From Isurus oxyrinchus (taxonomy: Eukaryota): a stretch of DNA of 64,000 bases. The notes under the pieces are model-generated. The model ran no database searches. It was not told the DNA's origin and saw only the letters and a list, made by a program, of their open reading frames with translations. Position 1 is the stretch's first letter, and each line of letters starts with the position of its first letter. The translations under genes and the position numbers were made by a program. Below, piece by piece: positions 40,301 to 52,520 of the stretch. The stretch is taken from positions 372,001-436,000 of the forward strand of contig JANJGN010000100.1 in the NCBI GenBank assembly GCA_026770705.1, read 5' to 3'.

Positions 40301-43300
40301 TTATATGAACTGAGACAGGGTCTATTACACTGATTACTGATACAATGTCTCTATTAATATAATCTGAGACAGGGTCTATTACAGTGTTTACACTGATACA
40401 AGATATGGATTCATATCAACTGAGATAGAGGCTATTACAGTGATTCCTGATACAGGGTCTGTATTAATATAAAATGAGACAAGGCCTACTACAGTGATTA
40501 CTGTTATATGGTATGAATTGAAATAAACTGAGACAGGGTCTCTTACAATGCTTACAGATACAGAGTCTGGATTAATTAAAACAGAGGCAGGCTCTATTAC
40601 AGTGGTTGCCAAGAGAAGGCTTTGATGGATCTAAACTGAGTCAGGGCCTACTTCAGTGATTACTGATACAAGATATCAATTAATTTCAACGGAGACAGGG
40701 TCTGTTGCAATGATTAATGTTGCAATGCATGGATTGATTTAAACCGAGACAGGGCCTTTTACAGTGATTAATGAGACAAGTTCAGTATTAATATAAACGG
40801 TTACTGATCCAAGGTATGGATTAAAATAAACTGGGACAGTATCTGTTACAGTTCTTACTGATACATGGACTAGATTCAGGTAAATAGAGACCATGTCTCT
40901 TTCAGTGATTAATAATACAAGGTCTGGATTGATATAAATTGAGACAGAGTCTATTCCCGTCATTATCGAGACTAGATCTGTGCTAATATAGATTTAGTCA
41001 GCATCTACTTCAGTGATTACTGATACAAGGTATTGATTAATATCACTGAGACAGGGTCTGTTACAGTGGTTATTGTTAAAATATTTGGATTGATATAAAC
41101 TGAAATAAGGTCTTTTATAGTCATTAATGATACAAGGCCTGTATTAATATAAAATGAAATGGTCCATTACAGTGATTACTGATACAAGGTATGGATTAAA
41201 ATAAAGTGAGACAAGGACTGTTAGATTTATTATTGATACATGGTATGGATTATAAGAAACTGAGACAGGGTCTATTACAGTGATCACCAATACAAGACCT
41301 GGATTGATATAAACTGTGATAGGGTCTATTCCAGTCATTACCGAGACAAGGTCAGTATTGATATAAACTGAGTCGGGGTCTACTTCAGTGATCAATGATT
41401 CAAGGTATTAATTAATAACAACACAGACAGGGTCTGTTCTAGCGATTACTATAACAATGTATGGATTGATATAAACTGAGTCAGGGTCTTTTACACTGAT
41501 TACTGAGACAAGGTCTGTGTTAATGTAAAGTGAGACAGGGTTTGCTGATACAAGGTATGGATTAATTTGAACTGAGGCAGGGCCTATTACAGTGATCATT
41601 GATACAGGGTATCAATTTACATAAACTGAGGCAGGGTTTATTACAGTAACTACTGATACAAGTTATTGTTTCATATCAACTAAGACAGGGTCTATTGCAG
41701 TGATTACGAATGCAGGGTATGGGGATAATATGTACTGAGACAGAGTCAATTACAATGATAACTGATACATGGTGTGAATTAAGATTAGCAGAGACATGAT
41801 CTATTACAGTGATTACCAACACAAGGCCTGTATTGATATAAACTGAGCCACAGTCTACTTCAGTGGTCACTGATACAATGCATTGATTAATATCAACAGC
41901 GACAGTTACAGTGAATACTGTTACAATGTATGGATTGAAATAAACCTAAAGAGGGTCTTATACAGTGACTAATGATATAATGTCTGCATTAATATAAATG
42001 GTGATAGGGTCTCTTTTAGTGGTGACTGATACAAGGCATGGATTAACATCAACTGAGGTAGGATCTATTACAGTAATTACTAATGCGGGGCCTAGATTAA
42101 TATAAAATGAGGGAAGGCCTATTTCAATGATTACTGTTACAATGTATGGATTACTATAGATGTACAATGGGTCTATTTCAGTGATTACTATACATGGCCT
42201 GTATTAGTATATACTGAGGCAGGGTCTCTTTCAGTGGTTACTGATACAAGGCATGGATTAATATCAACTGAGGCAGGATCCATTACAGTGATTACTGATA
42301 CAAGGCGTGGGTTAATATAATATGAGACAGAGTCTATTACAGTGTTTACTGATACAAGTTCTGGGCTGGTGTAAATTGAAACAGGGTGTATTACTGCGAC
42401 TACTAATACAGGGTCTGAATTGATATAATATGATACTCTGTGTAGTACAGTAATTTCTGATGCAGGGCCTAGGTTAATATACACTGAGACAGGGTCCATT
42501 ACATTGAACACTGATACAAGGTCTGTGTTAATATAAGGAGAGGCAGAATCTCTTTCAGTGATTGCTGATACAATGTATGGATTAATATCAAGTGAGCCAA
42601 TGTCTCTTTTAGTGGTTACTGATGCAACATATGGATAATATCAACTGATGCACGGTCTATTACAGTGGTTACTGATACAGGGTCTAGATTAATATAAACT
42701 GAGACAGGTTCTGTTACAGTGTTAGTGATATAAGGTCTGGACTGGTGTAAACTGAGACAGCATGTTTTACAGCGACTACTGACACAGGGTCTGTATTGAT
42801 ATAATCTGAAACTCAGTACAGGACAATGATCACTGATACAGTTCTGGATTAATATAAACTGAGACTGGGTCTAGTACAATAATTACTGATATAGGTCCTG
42901 GATTGATATAAACTGAGGCAGTGACTAGTACAGTAATTGCTAATACATGGTATGGATTAAGATAAACTGAAAAAGGGTCAATTAATGTGGTTACCGACAT
43001 AAAGCCTGCATTAATATAAACTGAGAATGGGTTAAATACATTAAGTAATGATACAGGGCCTAGATTAATATAAACTGAGACAGGCTCGATTACAGTGATT
43101 ACTGATAAATGGTCTCAATTAATTTAAACTTATGCAGAGTCTATTACAAAGATTACTGATACAGGGTCCAGGTTAATAAAAACTGAGACAAGGCCTATTG
43201 AGGTGATTACCAGTACAATATCTGCATTAATATAAACAGCGACAGTGTGTATTACTGTGAATACTGATACAGGTTATCGGTTAATATAAACTGAGACAGG

Positions 43301-45050
43301 CTCTATTACAGCATTCACCAATACAATATCGGTGAATATATAAACAGAGAAAGGGTATTTCACAGTGATTATTGATTCAAGGCATGGATTAATATAAACT
43401 GCGACTGGGTGTATTACCGTGATTGCTGATACATGGTATTGATTAACATAAACTGAGACACGGCCTATTACAGTGATAACCAATACATGGTCTGGGCTGA
43501 TATTAACTGAGACAGGGTCTATTCCAGTGATTAACAAGACAAGGTCTATATTGATATAAACTGTGTCAAGGTTTTTACAGGGGTTACAGATACAAGTTAT
43601 TGATTACTATCAACTGAGGCAGGGTCTCTTATGGTGATTACTAATACAAGGTTTGTATTAATAAAATCTGAGACAGGGTCTCTTTCAGTGCTTACTGATA
43701 CAAGACATGGATTAATATAACCTGAGACACTGTGTATTACAGTGAATACTGAAACAGGTTATGGGTTATTATAAACTGAGACAGTGCGTATTACAGTGAA
43801 TACTGAAACAGGTTATGTGTTATTATAAACTGAGACAGTGTGTATTACAGTGAATACTGAAACAGGTTATGGGTTATTATAAACTGAGACAGTGTGTATT
43901 ACAGTGAATACTGAAACAGGTTATGGGTTATTATAAACTGAGACAGTGTGTATTACAGTGAATACTGAAACAGGTTATGGGTTATTATAAACTGAGACAG
44001 TGTGTATTACAGTGAATATTGAAACAGGTTATGGGTTATTATAAACTGAGACAGTGTGTATTACAGTGAATACTGAAACAGGTTATGGGTTATTATAAAC
44101 TGAGACAGTGTGTATTACAGTGAATACTGAAACAGGTTATGGATTAATATAAACTGAGACAGTGTGTATTACAGTGAATACTGAAACAGGTTATGGGTTA
44201 TTATAAACTGAGACAGTGTGTATTACAGTGAATACTGAAACAGGTTATGGGTTAATATAAACTGAGACAGTGTGTATTACAGTGAATACTGAAACAGGTT
44301 ATTGGTAATTATAAACTGAGGCAGCCTCTATTACAGAAATTACCAATACAATATCTGTATTTATATAAACTGAGAAAGGTTATTTTGCAGTGATTATTGA
44401 TACAAGGCATGGATTAATATAAACTGAGACTGGGTCTATTACAGAGATTACCGATACATGCTATTGATTAACATAAACTGAGACAGGGTCTATTACAGTG
44501 ATTACCAATACAAGGTCTATATTGATATAAAGTGTGTCAGGGTTTTTACAGGGATTACTGATACAAGGTATTGATTACAATCAACTGAGACAGGGTCTCT
44601 TGCAGTGATTACTAATACAATGTTTGCATTAATATAAACTAAGACAGGGTCTCTTTCAGTGGTTACTGATACAAGGTATGGATAATATCCACTTAGGCAG
44701 GGTTTACTACAGTGATTACTGATACAAAGTCTGTATTCATATAAACAGCGGCAGGGTCTAGTGCAGTGATTACTGGTAAACGACCTAGATTAATATCAAC
44801 TGCTACAGAACAGGATTACTGATACTGAGCCCAATTTAATAAAACTGAAGCGGGGCATAAAGCGATAATCTCTGACACAGCACTGAGTGTAAGTCAACCA
44901 GGGATAAATCTGGTGTGGAAACAATTGATGCAGGGCTTTGTGGCATATTGAGAGGGACAGAGAGTAATGCAGTTATAATTAATGCATAACCTAGTGTAAT
45001 ATACAGAGAGATAGGGTTTAGTGTTACATCATTAGAAACATCTTACTGTG
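34400..45050. repeat. 54-bp satellite array (two diverged 27-bp halves), roughly 190 units
   Basis: Consensus TTAATATAAACTGAGACAGGGTCTATTACAGTGATTACTGATACARGGTMTRGA; the minus-strand ORFs show 18-aa periodicity. Confidence 0.97.
37442..37684. mobile_element. Palindromic short insertion (Penelope-like pLTR derivative) with 16-bp TSD and hammerhead-like motifs
   Basis: TSD ATCTATTACAGTGATC at 37426-37441 and 37685-37700. Inverted arms 37439-37546 and 37548-37655. Motif CTGTCGA-A-GGGTC-ATGAG-GACTC-GAAAC-GTC on the minus strand of the left arm. Confidence 0.85.
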
Positions 45051-45544
45051 CGATATAATGAGTGTATTAATTTCGAATTAACATAAGCCCCAGCATCACT
45101 GATCCATTTGCCAGTGGAACAGCTTCTCCCTAAATATTGAAAAACATCCCTCACACGTTGGACCATTTCTGATAAACCTATCCTAAGATTCTCGTTGATG
45201 AGGAGAGCAATCCCAGTTTTTTGTTGTGCAGAGAGTGAAGGGCAGTGCAAACTTAAGTTCCAGGAAATCTTCTGTCTTGTTACTTCGAAATGAGCATTTA
45301 ACAATCGTTGACACTGTTATATGGGGCCAATGGAAATAAAGTGCACTGTTACAACAGAGTCAGGCTAAGACACCGGGCTACAAGGCAACGGATCCCTTAC
45401 AACTAAATTGATGTGTGTAAGACTGGAGCCTGCTCCTGAACTTTATATACATAGAACCAAATGCTATAATTTCAAAATAGCAACTGCAACATGTCCAGTG
45501 CCTTGCATTAGTGGCTCTAATACATGGACAGTAACCACTACTGA

Positions 45545-45645
45545 ACTGAAAACAGAAAGTGCTGGAAAGACTCAGCAGGTCTGGCAGGGTCTGAGGAGAG
45601 AGCAACAGAGTTAACGTTTCGATTCCATGTGAGTTTATTCAGAGC
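45545..45645 (-). mobile_element. Older single-arm copy of the same hammerhead-like/Penelope-like short repeat
   Basis: GCTGGAAAGACTCAGCAGGTCTGGCAG...CAGAGTTAACGTTTCGA...TTCAGAG. Confidence 0.75.
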
Positions 45646-46284
45646 CACAACTGCAGGCTTGAAGCATGGTCAGGTGGGTGATCATTCAGATGTGGCGATG
45701 GTAATGTCATCTCAGTCTAAGGGAATAGCAGCATCGAGGTAAATTAACTGGGCTGGTAATACAGAGAAGATCAGAAATGCTCCAGAGACATGATTTAAAT
45801 GCCACGACGGCAGCTGGCGGGATTTCCATTCATTTAATTCACTAAAACCGAAACTGGAATAAAATTACTCATTGCATTAATAATCGAACAACCTCATTGT
45901 CATGAAGTTGCAACTGGTTCACTAATGTCATTCGGGGAGGAAATCTTACCCTTACCAGCCTGGCCTACGTGAGGCTGGAGACCCACAACAACGTGGTTGA
46001 CTCTTAACGGCCCTTGGAATGGTCCAGAAGACCATTTAGTTGGGTCAAAGCACTTCTTGGAAAGTCAAATAAGAGGCACACGGCACAAACTGCAGCTGTT
46101 GAAGGTGTCGGCTCCCCGCCACCTTCTCAAGGGTACTTATTGCAGGACAGTTAAGGCTGGCCTTGTTTTCGACGTTCACAACAAAAGAACAAATAAAAAC
46201 AACGGTCAAAGCTTTGTAAACTATTACGGATGCTCTCAATGTAAAGTAAGGCCAGAAAATCGGGAAACACTCAGCATCATTCTC

Positions 46285-46530
46285 CGCTGACACTATTTTA
46301 CAGCGCAGGGGTATCCTGGACCAATACCTAATGCGCAACTAACATCACTAATAAACAGGTGATCTGGGCTTTTATTACATCTCTGTTGGTGGGAGCTTCC
46401 TGTGCACAAATTGCCTCCTGTAGTTCTAACGTGACACAAGAGATTATAATTCGAAATAAGGTACATCAATGAGGTTAATGAGGTATGTGATTTTGGACCT
46501 CCTCAGATGGTGCAATGTGCTGTATAATCA
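46285..46530 (+). mobile_element. DeuSINE (SacSINE1-like) 3' half
   Basis: CAACTAACATCACTAA..ACAG..GATCTGG..TTATTACAT...TGTTGGTGGGAGCTT.CTGTGCACAAATTG; recognised from recalled consensus. Confidence 0.65.
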
Positions 46531-47369
46531 CCGAGTTTTTACTAAAAGTGAACATGTCAAAACATACGTGGTGCTGTGTTAGAAAGTCTGAGAAGAATGT
46601 GATTAACGGTCATTTCTCAGTTCATTATTTAAACATGTTTATGTGAAAGGGGTTCATCCTTTCACCAATCGATATTCAGCGGAATAACAGGCTACTCAGA
46701 AATGCTTAATTGATTTAAGCAGCAGAATTTCCAGAAACATTTTTTCTTAAATTTAATGGCTTCTTTTATTTAAAATAAATAACATCTGTACCAATTGGTT
46801 TTCTGAAAATTGTGTTCAATTCTTATACCATCTGTGAATATTCTTAAAATAAACTTGTTTTGCGCTGAACATAATCAATAAGTGACTGTTGATCTGATTC
46901 TGCTGCCATGAACACCACTTTGAAACTAGTGAGGCGGTTATGTAAATAAACACAGAAATAGACGCCTCAGAATAGAATATTGAGCGTCGGAAATACAATA
47001 GATGTTTTCCCACCAGCAGAGCATGGAAATAACAACAGAGAGAAATGCAAATCACACAAAGGATTCCAGTAATGATTGATAGTTGGAAGATTTCTATAAG
47101 TTATGGGATAACAATATAAAGATGTTTTTTGTGTTCAAAACTGGCGAAGCGTCCTTTGATCCGGTATACAGCAGCATTGAAAATGTGTTTGCGGAGTTTC
47201 CTGCATTCTATCCCGCTCTGTCTCCCTTTCTCCCCTATCCCGGGCGTGTCTGGCCTCTCATTAATCTGTCAGCGTCTGTAACTCATAACGTGAAGTCAGT
47301 ATCTTATCAAAGATTAATCTCACCCCTATTCATTGACTTTTAACGAAATAGATGGCTGTTCACAGAAGG

Positions 47370-47725
47370 AACTTAACTCTTAAATGTGTCTGGTTCACTC
47401 AACAACATGGGAGTATTTAATGGGACAGTCTAAAGGGAGCACTCCTCTGCAAATTAACATTCCTATGTCTTCCTGTGAATGGTATATGGGAAATTGTAGA
47501 GGGATCTTTTTTCTGCATCTGATACTGCTGCACCATTCTTGGGAGCATTCGATCGAATCATGTAGAGGGACCTTTGTCTATCCAGCGCTATACATGTCCT
47601 GAGAATGTTTGGTGGGATAGTTTAGAGAGACCTTTACTCTGCCTCACCCAGCAATTTACCAATGTAGAGGTAGCTTTACTCTGCGTCTGAACTGTCCCGT
47701 GTCTATCCTTAGGAGTGTGTAATAG
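47370..47725. repeat. Degenerate ~65-bp tandem repeat
   Basis: Repeated TGTAGAGGGA.CTTTACTCTG.ATCT...TGGGAGTGTTTGATGGGACAG-like units. Confidence 0.7.
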
Positions 47726-48239
47726 TGTTTCGGACTCAGTGCATGAAATGGTGTTCTAGACCGAATCCCTCATCACATGTCAAAATATATTTGGATGTTC
47801 ACATGAAGTACTGTAGCCCCAAGGGCCCTGGCACAAAAGCTAGGAAGTGGGATTAGACTTGATAGATCATTTCAGGCCATTATGGTTAGGGTGTGCACAA
47901 TGGCCTATTTCTGTGCTGCAGAAATCTATGATTTTCAGATCCTATGAAGTGCGTTGAGGTCTCAGAAAGTGTACAGAGGAAGGTAATGAGTTTGTTAACA
48001 AGGATCAGGGTCTTTAGTAACAACAATCAATTGGACAAATTGGCAGCATTCTGCTTGTGATAAAGAAGATTAAGCAGAAACCTAAATGCTTTTTCCAAGA
48101 TGATGAGAGGTTTGAAAGAGAATTAGCAGAGAACACCAGTTCCTTCTGTTCATTGTGTCAATATCCAGTGATCATAGCTTCAGAACAAATGTATATATTA
48201 GCAGATTTGTAAAAGGGCGATGAAGAGAAATATTTCGCC

Positions 48240-51200
48240 AGCAACTGGTTCCCTTTATATTACACCAGATCCTGCCTCAATTATTACTCTTTGAGTTCAA
48301 GTCACACTTTTAGTTTTGCTGAAACCTGTGAAATTTATGGATGCATAATCTGGTATTTGTATTTTTATTACACTAGGCTCTGACACAATTAACTCTGTGC
48401 TAATCAAGCCTCTGTTTCAGGCCGGCCCCCAAATCAGTTACTACTACATTAGAGCATTTCGCTATTTATATTATATAACACTCTGTTTCAGTTATTAGTG
48501 AACCATACACCGTGTCTCTATATGTCGCACTCGACCACGTCTCAGTTACTACTATACTAGAACATGTATGTGTTAATATTACCCTGGATCCTGTCTCTGT
48601 TGTTACTGCACTGGAACCTGTCTCCATTTATAATGTTTTACATAATTGTTTCTGTTAAAATTGCACTGGAAAATATATCTCTTTATATTTTACAGTGGGC
48701 CCTTTCTCAGTTATTACTGCCCTATACCATGTTTCTGTTAAGCTAACACTTTACCCACGCCAGTAAACATTGAATTATATCATGGCAAACGTATTGGAAA
48801 CTGGTGAGGAAATAGTGAAGTTAACGCGCAGCACAAAACAATGGAAACAGAAACAATTTTTTTTAATTGAATTTCATTGAGAGTGGAAAGTGTTACATTC
48901 CATTCCAGGTGAGAGAATTACAGATTTATTATGCTCACGTTAGATAAAGGTACAGTTGCATTTTCACCGCCTCTTGCACAGATCATCACACACTCGAGTG
49001 ACGCACAAGTGATCACTTGTCAACAAACAGAGAAAATGGTGGGTAGATGTCCTTTATTCTCCATGTGATTTAATCCACTTTCGAACTGAATTCTGAGCGC
49101 AGCTAAACTCACTTTGGAATCTAAATAGGCATTTTCCACACAAGAACTCGAAAAAGACGTCCGCAACAAGAAATGTTAATGATAATAGATGATCTGAAAT
49201 TGCTGGATGGATGGTTCGAAATATAGATAGACTGACAGCCAAACAGACAGGTACGCAGCTAGATGGGTTGACAGATAGAGAGACTGAGATACACAACATC
49301 TAGCGTAATATATACAGTTTAATGCTAAATAACCTTTTCGGTGGCTCATATGATACAAACAGGGAGATGGTCTTGTATAATGTGAAGAGATGTATGCATC
49401 AGTGCAATTACTTACTCCAACAGGGCCTACTAAAAAACATGAATTGAGACTAGGTCTTTTGCACTGCGATCTGAGACAGAGTCCTGTGTAATTTAAAGGA
49501 AGGCATAACCCAGTCATTATGTATCAGCACCTTTCATGGTCTTAAATACCTCGATCAAAGCCCCTCTTAACACCCTCTATTCTAAGGAAAACGATTCAAG
49601 ATCTCCAAGGTCTAGTAACATTCGGATCAATCTCCTCTTCATCCTCTCTGCGACCTTCAAATGCTTTATAAAACAGAGTTCCTGGAATAATTATGTACAA
49701 TATACATGGAAACACAGTAGGGAGTACTTTAACAAATGTTGTTTTTAATCATTCACTAGGCTGAAGTATTTATTTATCTCTATTCATCCAGGAGATGTGA
49801 GCGTCTCTGACACGGCCAGCATTTCCCCCATGCTCTGCTGTCCTGGAACTGAATATCTGGCTAGACATTTTCAGAGTCGGAGGATAGTTAAGAGTGAACC
49901 ACGTGCTGTGGGCCTGGAGTCACATTTAGGCCAGACTGGGGAAAGATGCATATTTACTTCACCGAATGTTCATTAGTGAACCAGATGCGTTTATAACAAT
50001 GAAAATTTAAAAGATCCAGTTCCATTTCCATTTTTTTTATTCATTCATGGGATTTGTGCGTTTCCAGCTGAACCAACATTCAATAGCCAAACACAATTGC
50101 CCTTGAGAAGGTGTTAGTGAGCAAACCTCTTGTACTGCTGCAGTCCACGTGCTGTAGGGACACCCACAGTGCTTCTAGGAAGGGAGTTGTATGATTTGGA
50201 CGCAAGGATAGTGAAGAAACAGGGACTTTCCATTGTTGTTGCTGTGCTTCTGCTGCCCTTGTTGCCCGGAGAATTGGGGAATATTCCACCACACTCCTGA
50301 CATGTGCCTTGTAGTTTGTGGACAGGTATTTGCAGAATTCCCAGCTTCCGAACGGCTCTTGTCTCAATCGCATTTAAATTCCGCCAGCTGCTGTGGTGGG
50401 ATTTGAATTCATGTCCCCAGAAGATGAGTCTGGACCTCTGGGCTAGTGATGAGCACTTGGGACGCTATAACATTCAAGGCTATGGGCCAAGTGCTGGTAA
50501 ATAGGATTAGGTAGGTAGGTAGGTCAAGTGTTTCTCAAGTGCCGGTGCAGACTCGATGGGCCGAAGGGCCTCTTCTGCACTGTGATTCTGTGAATCTGTG
50601 GCAGAGCTACAGCCAGGTCGTGCCTGAGTTAGGGTCCAGTGTATTAAACCGCTTGATACTTTCAAAATGGTGGCAATTCGCCATTTCTAAAGGGGAATTG
50701 GGAGTCGGTAGACATGTTTGACTTAACAACTATTCCAAATCAGTCGATAATAAATAAGTAAAACATTAGAGACTGTCTAATGTAATATAAACCATCCATG
50801 CCCATCCTTACATTACACTAGGCCCTTTTTCAGTTATTGCCGCCTGAGGCAGTGCTGGTTTGGTATGATTTAGGCAAACCAACTTACACTGTCATCTGGT
50901 GGCCAATCGTTGCCATTACTGCTATCGTGAAAATGTCGACGTTCGTACTGTTGTTGATAGAAACGTATCAACAAACAAATTTGCACTTATATTCCACTCA
51001 ACGCATTTTTAATGAAAGGGAATTAAATGCTGTAAAAATAACTGGTGAAGCAAATCCACCTTTGTGGAAGTAACTTGCAAACATTAGGAATAATGTGTCT
51101 TGTATGCACACACTCACAGACACAAATAGACGCAGATACATATGTTGAGGCTCAGTCACACAACCAGTAACCACGGAAAATGTGAGTGTAAAGGCCCTCA

Positions 51201-52520
51201 GGAGAAACATTCCTTAACATTAAAACACGGTGTACAATAGACACAACAGAGATTTCCACTAATCTTTATAAACTGCAATGCGTTCTGGCTCACCTATCCT
51301 TCAGTCCCTCAATCCAGTTCAAATTTTCGAGATTGTCATAAGATTCGATCAGTACTTTCAACAAAACTGTGACATAACACCGAGCAATGGGAAATTGTAC
51401 ACAGCTCCTGATGGCTGTGACCAAGACTAAACGTACTTTACAACAAACAAAAATCCATCTTCCCACCGAGTCAAATATGTTCTTTAATTATTATGAGACA
51501 TACTTCTCCCTTCATCCATCTGTCCATTTACCTATCACAGAAAAAAATGCTGTACCACAATAACTGACATTGGCAATAGATTAATATAAACAAAGTGTCC
51601 AGTGCTGTCATTACAGAAAAAAGGCCTTATTTAACATAAACAGCGATAAGGACTCCTGCACTCTGAGCAGTTTAGTCCATGAATAACTATGGCAGACCCC
51701 GTCGAATATAAACAGGGAGATGACCTCATGCAATTTAAAGGTGGGCATAAAATAGTGCAGAAATAAAGGAGAAAGAGTCTAGTGTAATATAAATAAGGAC
51801 ATGGATGAGTGCAATATAACCAGACACATGCTTCAGTGCAGCAATAACTGAAGAAGGGCCTAGTGTAAAGGATGGAGTTTATTGCACCAATGTCCGTGAC
51901 TGGACCCAGTAGAATATGGACGGAGACATGGTCAGGTTATGGCCTTGCAAACCCCTTCAGTAACTTGAACACTTTAAAACATCTCTTAACTTTCTCTGCT
52001 CTAGGATGCTATTTCTGTCGCTTTTCCACAGAACGGAAGCCCCTCACCCCATTTTGATAAATCCTACGACAGCATCTTCAGAACCCGAGAGCTCTGCGAC
52101 ATAGAAGGACAAGGACAGCAGGTGAATGGAAGCACCAACAACTGCTAATGCCGCTCCAAGTCACACACAATATTCTGATTTGGAAATATAGATTTTTTTC
52201 CTTCGTTGGTATTGAGTCAAAACCCCAGAGCTCCCTTCCCACCTGCACTGTTTTTGGATTTGAAACACACACAAGGCGGCTCACCAACACATTTTCCAGG
52301 GCAATTAGGTTTGGTTAGTAAATGTCGGCCTTGACAGAAATGTCAAAATCTGAGAACGAAGTAGAGCTAGCAATAACTGAGTGAAGGTCTGCTGTGATAT
52401 AAACATAGACATGCTATGGAGCAGTAATAATTGAGGCAGTGTATGTATGTTTTCATGGAAGCAATCGCGCCAGCACTGCCACCAGGTGGCGAAAGATTGC
52501 CATTGCTGTTACTGTAAAAT
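48240..52520 (-). repeat. Composite element copy C (reverse orientation, fragmented by LINE/SINE insertions)
   Basis: 48780-49150 is the reverse complement of the unique core (GTGGATTAAATCACATGGAGAATAAAGGACA...TGTGATGATCTGTGCAAG...AACTGTACCT). Minisatellite arms lie on both sides; head at 52450-52520. Confidence 0.7.
52474..52507 (-). promoter_or_regulatory. CTCF site about 3.9 kb upstream of the IgH promoter
   Basis: Minus strand: AGCAATGGC-6bp-TCGCCACCTGGTGGCAGTG (plus strand GCCACCAGGTGGCG, near-palindromic). Confidence 0.7.

Noticed and set aside
36120-43537. Many minus-strand ORFs with V/I-rich 18-aa repeats (VITVIDPVSVYINP)
   Set aside because: Translation of the 54-bp satellite; frequent stops and frameshifts and no gene structure.
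34400-45050. Regularly spaced repeats resembling a CRISPR array
   Set aside because: No unique spacers, no cas genes, vertebrate context; it is a plain tandem satellite.
47045-47340. Octamer ATGCAAAT plus a PSE-like stretch suggesting an snRNA gene
   Set aside because: No recognisable snRNA downstream and the PSE match is weak.
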